The position numbers and the translations under genes are program-made. Positions 30,001 to 40,200 of a stretch of 64,000 bases of DNA are shown one piece after another. Numbering within the stretch: the first letter of the stretch is position 1; the number at the start of each line of letters is the position of its first letter. The notes beneath the pieces are model-generated. The model searched no databases. It saw nothing but the letters and a program-made list of their open reading frames with translations, and was not told where the DNA came from. Source of the DNA: Phoronis australis (lineage: Eukaryota; Animalia; Phoronida); assembly GCA_002633005.1 (NCBI GenBank), contig NMRA01000003.1, positions 2,740,686 to 2,804,685 of the forward strand, given 5' to 3'.

Positions 30001-33000
30001 AGAATGTGTTATTTAAAAGTGTGCTTCAGTAATTTTTTGAAGTATTAAATTTTTGTTTTGGGTAGTAACGACAAAAATTTCAAAATTGAGTCTTCCTGTT
30101 TAATCAAATTTAATATTAGCTTCCGAAATTTTAGGATTAATGTTGAAGATTTTAGACAAATTATTGAAACTTCTAGTGCGTTTAAATACGAGCCATCATC
30201 AAATAGTGGAGCCAGGCTATATTGATTTGTAACATGAGCAAACCAAACCGAGAGCGAAAGTACCCGCTCAGCATGATGATGTCGCCACTTTCACAACAGA
30301 AAACTGCGTAAAATTGCCATGTACAGGGCTACTGTATGTCCGCTGGGCTGGTTTTCAAATTCGCCATGTTCACCTAATGATCTGACAGATTTTGAAATAC
30401 CAGATTTCTGTGATATCTAAATCAACTATACAGCGCTATTGATTCACTTGCAGTTGAGCATCTGATGTCAATTAAGACAAGATCTACTGTGTGAATCTTA
30501 TGCCTTTATTTGCCAGCTAAAACACACCTTGTTGCTCCTTTTCCTCAGGTTCTCTACCTCTCTGAAGACAGACCCATCTAAACTTCCATCACTTATATGC
30601 TGCACCCTTATGCTAGTCTCCAGTCTACTACCTCACCATGTTAACAGGTAAGATAACTTCATACAATAGCGTGTGTACCTTTATGAGGTCTGTTGGTGTG
30701 AAACTGTGAATGGCATATTTGTTCAGACATTTTGCCATATGTTAAATATTATGCCATGCTTTACTTGCTGATGTTGCATTTTGATTCAGGTAACTTTTTG
30801 AATAAATTATTTCTGTGCTGTCTTCCTGTATTGGGCTCTGACACTAGTTAATTGGAATGGTGCCGTCATCTCTGTCCTGTGTGCAGCCATATTGCGTTCA
30901 CCCATCCACCTTGCGTCCATTTGTCTTGCTCAACTAATGTTGATTTTTGTATGAATCCAACTTGTGGATCCCCCTTGTATGTTCCCCCTTGTGGCAGCTT
31001 TACTTTTTGCGCCTGCCTGTGTGCAAGTATCAATTTCCTTAGCTGGAGCTTCATGTAAATTGACAGATGTGTTTCTAAAAACAAAAAGGTGGCACCTGCC
31101 TATGATTGCCCTGTTCTCCAATCTTTGTGCCCCCCAGCAGTACTTTCAGTATTTTAGTGTCCGTTTTTGGGACCCACTTTCCTATCTGCCAAATGGTTTC
31201 AAAATCTGAGTCATGTTGTTTGTATTAGCGGCAACATGTCTTTAGCTGCTTTGATTATTGCTACGCCTCCTAGTGGCAATTTTTGTATTTGCCTCAATAT
31301 CTACCAAGTTGATGAAGGGTCTTGGTGAAATTTGCAGTTAATTTTTTAATATCCCTTAGAGAACAGCATTTGTCCACATATAGTCAGTTTAGACTTTATT
31401 TATTTATTTATTATTGTGATATTTAAAATGAGGGTGGCCTCTTCAGTGATAGCACTGCTTTCCAAAAGGGCCCTCAAAAGACTTGTGCTGTGCCCACAAT
31501 TTTATCAGTTCACTATGCTCGCTTGGTATCCACCATTCTACCTGCCAAACCCCTTGAAAAATCATCAGATGTTGCCAAATAAATTTCTGTTAAGGTGAGC
31601 ATAACAGGTGTCAATTAATGGATGTATGCAACTGCTGCAATGCCCTCTTGTGGTAGTTTTAGTTTTCTTTGCTGCAATAGTACCACAATTGCATCGTGTT
31701 GATGTTCAAATTATTAGCATTGCTCTCGTAGACTTGATACTATGTATGTACTATGTTCACTGGAGTTGCACACTCTTTACTTGAAGATGTAAACAAGAGC
31801 AACGCGGAGCGTTGAAATGTGCCCACGAATGCATTGCAAATGGTGTGCTTTTAGGGTTATTTATTTGTATCATAAAAATGGCCTAGATGGCACAATAACA
31901 TACAACCCATCCAAAAACAGGAAAATGCCATATTTCATAAAAATCTGTCAAGGAACTTCAGAGAAACGAAGGAAAACAGAATAAAATGAAATTGCCACTA
32001 GTGGGCACAGTGTCCTTAAAGTCGTCGTCGTCTGTTGTTATCTTCATACAAATACACCTACTAAATTTAGTAAAGATCAGTGGGTTTAGGAGATACAACT
32101 ATGGGCGCAAAACTAAACTACCACTAGGAGGCGCAACAGTAGTAAGTCACCATCATCAAAGGTCGTCTTCACACTGAGAACATATATGTCAATTTTCAAA
32201 TGATTTGGTTGATACAGGGGTGGACACAAAAAACAAGATTGGAAAACAGCAAAAATGGCCACTAGGTGGTGCAAAATATCTCGATTCCATCCAAAAACAG
32301 AAAGATAGCGTCATCATACCAATAGATGCCTATATTTAAAATTTTATCTGAAAATCTGTTGAGGAGTTAAACGTAAAAAAACTAAAATTGCCACTAGGGG
32401 GCACAGCAGTAGTCAGATCTGTCCGAAAGTCGTCGTCATCCGTAGTCAACATCATATAAATACACTTGCTAAATTAAGTAAAGAACGATTTAGGAGATAC
32501 AGCCATAGGCGCAACAAAAACAAAACTGCCACTAGGCGACGACACAGTTGTCGAAATCATTGGAAAATCATCGTCAACTGTCCTCTTTATAGTAAGCACA
32601 TACCTGCCAATTTTCACAATCATCCTTTGAGCGGTTTGGTTGATAGAGGGGTGGACGCAAAAAAACGGACTCAAAAACAGTAAAAATGACCACTAGGTGC
32701 GTAAACTACATCGAATCCATCCGAAAATGGGAGGATAGCGTCATCTCACTAATAGGTGACTACATACCAAATTTCATGAAAATCCGTTCAGGACTTTTGA
32801 AGGTACAAAGGTAAGTGTAAAAAACTAAAATTGCCACTAGGGGGCACACCGGTAGTCGATTCCGTCCGAAAGTTCGCTCATGCCGTCCCATTCATGAATG
32901 GAACATATGTGCCAAATTTCATGAATGCATGTCAAAGGGTTTTGGAGATAGAGCACCGGACGCGGGATGGACGCCGCCCGGACGGACGGAGATGCCAGCC

Positions 33001-33410
33001 TAATGCGTCCACATATAAATATGTGGGCGCATAAAAAATGTGTCTTTGCCATTTGTGATGAGCTCTCTTTTGCTCGTTTTTAGAAATTCTTGCTGAAAAA
33101 ATAATATTTTTGTCTAATGTTTCAGCATCATGCTCAACTAAATTTAGGAAAAACACCGACAGGATTACGAACTTTGTTCTGTTGTAGTTATGGTAACCTG
33201 TGGTCTCGTCGAGTAATGCATTTTCTATGTTTGGGGGCACTACTATATGCCATGGAATCCGTCTACAGACTTCCTTACATAATATGTGTTGGTCTTGGCA
33301 TCTACGTGTTAACACAACTGCACTCAGTAGTAAAGGGTGAAGAACAGCAGGCAATAGATGGCTCTGATAGTTCTGATGATGGCGACGATGGAAACAAGAA
33401 ATCTAAATGA
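2..33410 (+). CDS. PGAP1: GPI inositol-deacylase PGAP1 (5'-partial, 24 exons, ~913 aa in window)
   Basis: GT-AG exons with consistent phases: 2-124, 2209-2276, 3182-3202, 4163-4227, 4542-4630, 4929-4971, 5272-5363, 5610-5706, 6642-6799, 9879-9964, 11135-11360, 12211-12332, 12734-12797, 13122-13196, 13420-13657, 14163-14232, 15505-15655, 26752-26836, 27826-27916, 28493-28693, 29469-29601, 29825-29946, 30549-30647, 33188-33410. The translation shows PGAP1 hallmarks: N-terminal TM then [46 protein letters not shown], lipase motif VGHSMGG, TQATPH, GGGYRD, ADHLCIVWC, and a multi-TM C-terminus. Confidence 0.96.
3182..3202 (+). CDS. PGAP1: 21-nt PGAP1 microexon (AYAERI)
   Basis: ttttttcag|GGCTTATGCAGAAAGAATTAG|gtgagt. 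Phase 2-2. It supplies the YAE segment that follows LYGEG in PGAP1 homologs. Confidence 0.85.
   Translation, partial: GLCRKN
3371..3408 (+). mobile_element. isolated 5' terminal hairpin fragment of the Helentron-like family
   Basis: ttttatgcgcccgcatacttatatgggggcgcat resembles the 5' palindrome seen at 7251 and 24955. Confidence 0.55.
6815..7250 (+). repeat. segment duplicated at 8575-9000; includes an older degenerate Helentron-like copy
   Basis: gccataacaaacgtgtagtctgtgaaattgtgtcc...ctacacta recurs with scattered substitutions and small indels immediately after the n at 8574. Confidence 0.9.
7251..8573 (+). mobile_element. non-autonomous Helentron/DINE-1-like element (HINE), cut at n 8574
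   Basis: Inserted in a T run. It has a 5' palindrome atgcgcccacatatttatatgtggacgcat, then a (GTCC)n microsatellite, then internal tandem units of about 143-161 bp organised as a ~449-bp three-unit higher-order repeat. Confidence 0.8.
8575..9230 (+). repeat. second copy of 6815-7250 without the young insertion, continuing as a degenerate repeat
   Basis: Colinear with 6815-7250. At the equivalent T run it reads ctagc-tttt-gaccat with no element. Confidence 0.85.
10796..10925. repeat. minisatellite, ~20-bp unit, 6-7 copies
   Basis: Imperfect repeats of catcttgaactgtgtacagc. Confidence 0.8.
18113..19405 (-). CDS. uncharacterised 430-aa Ser/Arg/Lys-rich protein, nested antisense in PGAP1 intron 17
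   Basis: Uninterrupted 1293-nt ORF in AT-rich DNA, by far the longest in the window. A good acceptor (ttttcctttcag) lies 5 nt upstream of the ATG, so the exon starts at 19410. No recognisable domain or transposon motif; acidic C-terminal patch. Confidence 0.8.
   Translation of the reverse strand: MKQGMLDMNIQTLASLETSINPRSLVNSGSTLHRQQVERHKHLSEWDQSYKDRLLEYYIQEEDKKRSLSPSRQVEIEAWRENITPRSDASWAHKKSQRHSAPPKKTRQNIRVMSSRSDSQTVINKKTYLTDTGKFVEKDEDFDSLMAHINQMSLHYEAQRKAIHDRILKGKKTETASPQPSAGSRNGWDKKPGTESTSSSRHSAGSERTATSSKYDGDISSVSEVDQFKLNTKSPSNNLLNCVTIDDSVSSQRQMYPLTDFTIDSDEEIINLRHSLPSRRSTRQSSAQTVQTLNNSNIFSNSAVSRAFDALLNYKDVQENTAVSGLYKFRNIRTRPVSFGTESENFKKRKALLREQVSRKSLEKFRRPESQQRSLAGSVQQQTEHLSLANEQRHSRNSRAGENKASFLKVIMDDMEEDEDSADRTPGVHQ
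24955..26243 (+). mobile_element. full-length HINE copy
   Basis: 5' atgcgcccacatatttatatgtgggtgca. The 3' subterminal inverted repeat ggcgcat is followed by hairpin caacgctccgcgttg and ctcttgtttt. About 7 internal units. Confidence 0.8.
28721..28822 (+). repeat. tandem duplicate of the 3' part and donor site of PGAP1 exon 20
   Basis: Matches 28609-28710 with substitutions only in the exon-derived part. Confidence 0.9.
30860..31640 (+). repeat. old degenerate HINE-related repeat array
   Basis: Decayed units with gccgtcatctctgtc, cccccttgtggcag, cgcctcctagtggc and gccctcttgtgg. Confidence 0.5.
31791..33038 (-). mobile_element. full-length HINE copy, reverse orientation
   Basis: Reverse complement of both termini (aaacaagagcaacgcggagcgttgaaatgtgcccac ... 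cacatataaatatgtgggcgcataaaaaa). Close to the 7251 copy, including the GGAC repeats. Confidence 0.82.
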
Positions 33411-34074
33411 GGTCTCAGCTCCAGATGTTGTTTATTTATAGCATTTACAGTAGTGTAAGTGGTCCGAACTTGTTCCATAGTCAAATTGGAAGTTATCTCT
33501 AGGCTTGGAGAGAACGGACATTTTATCATTACACAAGACCAGGCTTAAAAAATCGGTTTGTCACCACGGGATCATTATGTGCCCCAAGTACAGTCTCAAT
33601 TTATAGCTTTTTTTGCAAGCCCAGAAATTCAGATCAGTTTCATAACAGTAAGTGTTCTATTAAAAGGTTTGTTTCTTTAACAAAACACCAATTTATAGCA
33701 ATTTTAAGTGAGCTGTTGTTTGTTGTTTACTAATTACTCGTTTTTGATTCATGGATGTTGCGACTGCTTTTTAAAGATTTGCAATTGATTCTTGGTTTAC
33801 TTTTGTTGTATCCTTGTTTATGAATACAAAATGTCGTACAAGACCATTCTGAAATTAAGGATTCAGCATTTTAAATGTTTTACCGTATAACCAAATGTTG
33901 TTACTATACCTGTTGGAAATTTTAATGTACATTTGTTGACATACACATGTTGTTATTGATTCAATACACTCGCCATTCTTTCGCAAGTTGTGATTTTCAA
34001 TAGTCCATACTGTTTTTACTGTTGTACACTCAGTAAAATATGTCCACTTAGCTCTTCATATTTCGTCTTACTCG

Positions 34075-34080
34075 AATAAA
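34075..34080 (+). terminator. candidate poly(A) signal for PGAP1
   Basis: AATAAA about 670 nt after the stop codon. An alternative ATTAAA lies near 33659. Confidence 0.45.
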
Positions 34081-34142
34081 ATCTCACAGTTCAACATTAG
34101 TTTTAAATCTAAAACAAGACAATCACAATATTAGAAAAATAG

Positions 34143-34148
34143 TTTATT
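34143..34148 (-). terminator. candidate poly(A) signal for BLOC1S5
   Basis: tttatt (AATAAA on the - strand) about 110 nt after the stop codon. Confidence 0.5.
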
Positions 34149-34258
34149 TATCCAACGGGTGAAATTTAATCTCAAAATCTTAACTTGTAACAATTTTGTC
34201 CAACAAATCTAGTCCATTTAAAGCAGCCCGCCTTGGTCAAACTCTGCACTATCCCGTA

Positions 34259-37200
34259 TTATGGTGTTATTGGTGTGATGCGTAGATTATTCTCCAGTTC
34301 TTCATATTGCTTCTTCAGTGCGTCCAAGTCGTGCTCAAAGTCTTCATCTACTTTAGCACTCTTCTCATACATTTCAGTCATAAACCTCGACCATTCCGTC
34401 ACTCTCTGTTGTCTCTGTTCAGCCAGCTGATCAACCTGGAACACAGTTAACAGTGTCATATGCAAACCTGTGTAAATGCAATTGCTTACATCCAAAAAAG
34501 TCAATTCCTCACACAAGAGTTTTGTGCTTGTATACAAAAATGACTAATTTGATTCCAGTTTTGTTTCAATCAAGGCGATAATTTAAAAGCTAGGAACGGA
34601 CACTTGTCTTGTTGGCGAAGGGACTTGCTTAGCTTATGAGACGAATTCAAACATACATTTTTGGAATACAGTGTTGCTTTTGGTTCAAGTGCACTAGCTC
34701 AGATGCACAAAAAATTCGACACGAGCACGCAAGACATCATAGTACGAGCGCAATTACAGGGACATTGTTTACTTTGGTTCTGTGTAGTGCTAGAGCATCT
34801 GCTTGCATAGGAAAATATCTCCACACCTGTTGGCAAGAGTGGCAGTTACAGCTACTCCTGCCTGTGACCCTTGGTTTACATCTCTCGCAGATTCACGTTT
34901 ATTGCGTCATTTGGCCTGGTGCTCGAAACAAAGTTAAAGGACTATTTGCCCATTATTACACAACAGAGAACATGATAACGAAAAATTTGACTTGGGGTTG
35001 TAAACAAGGCCTGACTGATCTCAAGGACACTTTTTTGATGAAATGGATATTGATACGTACTTTAAGTCTTGCTTCCTCATTTTCAATTATTCTTCCACAC
35101 ATTTCGGTAGCAACAGTCACTGAAATAATTAAAATTCAACATGAGTGACATTTCAGTATTTGTCTGCGTGCAGCAAGACTAACAATGCTGGCCAAGGTGA
35201 AGTCAGTAGCACTGAAGTACAAAACATCTTGAAACTTTTAGAACACACAATCCTTCGGTGCTTTCCATATGCAACTCAGAATTACACATGGTTTGCATTG
35301 AATAATAAAATGTTAATATGATGACCAGCACAGTAGTTGTAAACAACATTTTGAAGTTGCAACATATTTGCCTGATTCATGTGCAGCATTGTGGGTAACA
35401 AAACAGACTTTGATGTTTCAAGACAGCACCACACAAAGCAATCCAAACATTGACGGGTGTTGTAGTATGCCCAGTTCACACATACAAGATGAGTTTCATT
35501 ACGAGTTCTTGTAGATGGAAGGAGAGTCGGACACAAATATATGATTCGTTAATCTGAACTGTTCAAAAATAAGGAAGTGACATACAATCCTTGAAAATAT
35601 CATATCTGTCAAATTTCACGACGAACCATCAGGAGTCTGATAAGATTGCTATTTGTGTAGACACTAAGAAAACTAGAATCGTCACCAGGGAACAATGGTC
35701 TTCGGATGCATATGATAATTAACGTATTCCGTGCTCTCTTGAACTGTGTATTAAATCTTAATTTCATGGTGATCCTGAAAGAGACTTCAGAAATAGGCAG
35801 ACACAAAATAACATACACCACTAACGTAATTGCCATGAAGACAGAATTGTAAGTTTAACAATGGACATGTGCTGCTCTCACTCCCAAAATAACACAGTTG
35901 CCAAATTTCACTTAGATTCATCAAGGGACTTCACAGGGTAGGCACTGCCACTAGGGGGAGACAACACTAGTCGGATCCATCAAAAAATCATCAGTTATGA
36001 TCTCTTCAAAAGCCACACACTCCAAACTCCATGAAAGTCTCTCAAGCAGTTCAACATTCCAAACTTCATAAAAGTCTCTCAAGCAGTTCAACAGACAGGA
36101 AGATGCTAAGGGATTGTGGAACATGTCTAATTCATCTGAAAATTGACAGATGTCTTCAACTTAATACAAACAAAATGTATATCTGACATTCTGAGCTTTG
36201 TGGAAAAAACGCCAAGGAACTTAATGGATACAGAGGCAGGCAAAAGGTAAAATTGCAGCTAGGGGGCACAGTAGTAGTTGACTCCATCCAAAAGTTATGA
36301 TCATCTGTCATCTGGACAGAAACATAACTGAAACCCTTGGCAAAGATCCAGCACATGATTTAAGAGATGCAACTGTAGGATAACAAATAGAAATGTTGAA
36401 GATATGGATAAAAATATTCAAAATAATTAAAAAGTGAAATATTTCCCCAAATTCCAACTATAAAGATATATGTACATAACGAACCTTTGGCTGATAAGCT
36501 CAAAAGTTGTTCACCCAATCCTTCCTTTGACCTCGGTAAACTTTTATCAATAATTTCCTGTTGATGCTCGAGAATCTTATTGAGACGTGCTTCTTCTCTG
36601 TACTTTCGTTTCTCCTAAATCAAAAGAAAAGTGAGTAAACAGTTGAGCAATTGTTTCACAAGATAACATTGGGGTGAAATATGAAAGCTCCATGCAGCGC
36701 CATGTTAGATTGTTTTTATTCCAAGTTTGGGGTGGTACCCTTTGTTTTTTATTGTATTCAAATTAAATCTTGTCTGTTGGAATAGTCACAAAATTAAACT
36801 CCTAACAATAAGGAGGATTCACATCTCCTTCAAAGGGAAGACGGTATTGAAGATCAGTGGGGAACTGGTGTCTCTTACTTTCTCACAAGATCTCGTCTGA
36901 TTTGCAACCTCATGCAAACTCTCATCCCAAGCACACGGCAATTTGAACCAAGCTCCACCTTCTTTTTTTATTAAGGGAGGGATTGAGTGATTTGATGATT
37001 AAAGTCCCCTGGACATCTCTCTGAAACCAGTTTGTTTCTCTATGCAGGATCTTGACATTGTCATTGTTGAATTCATGACCTGTGTCCTGGAGGTGCTAGG
37101 AGTTTATTTTCTGAGTAGCCCAGCATACCAGATTTAATTTGAATACAATGAACTTTCCTTCAACAACTTTTTTATTATTATTTTCTGGTAGTATAAATTA

Positions 37201-40200
37201 GCATCCACTACAATCTTTTTTTTCTAAACTACTGACTCAGAACTATAATCCTTAATGGTTGGAATTTGAAGAGCACATGTCTAATGTGGGAACCACCTTC
37301 TTTTGTTAGGGAATAACAGCAGAATGATGACTTTGAGAGCACCATATGCATTCAATTGTTGCAAACATCTAAGTCAGGCCATTACGTCATCTGGTAGCCA
37401 TATCACGTGACCTTTTCCACGCCATATTGAGATTGACATGTTCATTTACATTTAATTGTTATCTAAAAGGGCCGCCTAACACCGTATGTAGATCCAGGAT
37501 GTTGGAAGAGCGGCTCAACCACAATTGTAGGCAAGACTGTATAAATTCCAAACACGGCGTTTCATATTTGATCATGTCTGTAGGGGATACCCTAAATCCA
37601 GCCACGTTTGAAACATGAAAACTTGCACGCACTGTAGTGATTGAAGGCTACAAAGCTGTTGTCACCCGTGTGTGTGAACAGTCACCGCAGTATCCAAGGC
37701 CAACAACTAGCATTCACTACAGCTATATAGGTAAGTGAATTGCATTTTGTGGTCGCCGACTCCAGCCATTTCCCATCCACTGCAGATAAAACAATGGATA
37801 AATCCCACTCAAATGAGGTCTAGGTTGCTCTAGGATTGTCTGAGAATACTCATCAAAGCCAAGTAATTACTGCATTTCTTAGAAAATAGCACCAACAAAA
37901 GACCACAATGAATTTTTACACAAGGAAAGCTGGCAGGGAATGATTCCGTTCACAAACGTCATCTTCGAAATGATGCGTGAATAATTAATTAAAGCCTGGA
38001 AAAATTCAATCAACTTGAAAACTTATCTCTAAAGGATAACCAGAACATCATAATTTAACTACAATTAACACTAAAACAGTGGCATTCCTCCTTTATGTTC
38101 GCCATACGATTTCAATACTGATGGTGTTTATGGAAACAGCTGCCTAACGATTCAAGACATTTCGCTTTATTGATGGACTAATCCACTGAAATTGGTTTAA
38201 AGGCCCTTAAGTCAGTACTAGCAGTGCCTCAGTTTCTGGTCCCTGAAGTCCTTCAGATGGCACCATGGACATTTTGTGTCCTTCACGTTCAAGCATTACT
38301 TTTTATATTTAAATTCTAAAAAAAGTAGAGAAGACAAAGTTTAAAGTATTACCTCAAACTCTCTCACAAAGTAGGCTATTTCCCCATGAAGTACTGGTCT
38401 GTGATCAAATAAACGGCTGTATATTTCACCAATATCTGCAATGTAAACGTATGGCACTTAGCATTAGAAAATATCAGATTTGTATTATCTGTAAACTACA
38501 ATTCACATTGTAAACATACTACATGCCACACATAACAAAACCAGACTCAGTGAAAACTGGATTTCTAAATTTTGGTTTGTATAACAAGCCCAAGACTTAA
38601 GTCTCTGGTCTAAAGTTCAAGAATGAACAAGTTGAATAAATAAAAAAATATCACAAGTTGTACTGATGGCAGAGTAAAGGTTGAGTTTACTAGCTCGTGA
38701 GGTCCACAAACAATGAAATATAAATTAACCGGTATACATTTTAAAAAAATACTTCATACAGGCAACGCTAAGCACCATTGATCTCCAATTGCCAACACAG
38801 GGGACATTCTAACCTTCCCTGAACCTAGAGTTAATAAATGCCTAACTCCCCATATTCGGTGCTTGCTCTAATGAGTAACATAAAACATGGACAGGTAGGT
38901 TACGCACTCCACACCAATCGACAAGATTGCTAACCTCAGCCTCAAGTGTCATATATCTTCCATAAGCATCCTTGTAAGCAACTTACAGTATTGTTATTGG
39001 CCTAATTTGCAAAGCCATGCTGGATACCTGGATATGCATGAAAATGTGCTAAAAATAAAAGTTCCTAATATAAATTAGGCGGCAATAGTCACTCACAGGG
39101 AACCTACATTTTGAGAACCAGTTTGACGCCCATTATTCAGAGGAGAAAACTGGTTCTCAAAATGCAGGACCCCTGTAGAGGATTATACATTGCCTGTGGA
39201 TGCTGTAGGTATACAGGTATTGCGTTACCCGCTACTAGTAACACAGATTTTCATGTAGACTTACCTTTACTCATTCAGGACTTAATTCAATGCTCTTGTG
39301 ACGCTCTGCGACTTTCAAGTCGGCAATGAGTAAAGGTAAGAGCGCATGAGAACCTGCGTTAGCTAGTAACACGATACAGGTGATGATCCAGATGAAACGG
39401 CTAAACTGATTTTCTTTTTGACTGATAAAATAATGTATAGCCAATAATACCGATGGAAACAGTTACCTATGAATAATAAATTGGATATAAACGCCCCACA
39501 AAAACTCCCTTTCAAAAAATGTAACCTTGGTCGTTATTAAGAAAACATGGTTGAGAACGAGTGATCTTTCACAATGTAGTAATAGCCGAGATTACCCAAC
39601 CCGGGGATCGAACCAACGACCCCCATAAAACCAGCAAGCGTGCTAACCATTCAGCTAATAGGCAATTGCCCGTTAGCGAGTAGCTAACAGAGGCTCATAT
39701 GATTCACCAGAAGCACATCTACAGCAACAAGTAAACTACCCAAGTGGGTTATATGAATTTAACTTATCAAGAGTCGAGGACCCAGGAACACCAATAAGGT
39801 CAATAAGGACAATACTTTACTGACTGGGACTGGGAGGCAAGTGATCTGGACTGGTAGCTTTGTGGTTTTCAGTATTTTCACTCAAAAGTTATAACCAGTT
39901 ACCGTTGACAAGTTACCAGTGATGATTTCCAACGCTTATATAGGGCGTGTGTTCAGTTGACGCTAGGACCTAGCTAAAACCTAGTCAAAGTCACGTGTTC
40001 TCATTTAAAATACACAGCAATTTCTCAGGTAATCTCGCAAAATCTTGCTTTTGTTGTAATCGTCAACATCATTCGTCCTTTATCTTTCTGTGGTGTCTTG
40101 TGATTTGTCAGTTTTATGGTTCCCCGGATGCTTGTTTTATTTAAACTGCTGGCGGGAACCCTGCTGGCAGTCTTTCAGCAAGCAATCAGGATGTCAGGGA

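Noticed and set aside
34636-35148. 170-aa plus-strand ORF
   Set aside because: No motif, and it overlaps a BLOC1S5 exon in antisense. Likely chance.
39595-39663. Functional tRNA gene
   Set aside because: A and B boxes only; the acceptor and anticodon stems do not pair convincingly.
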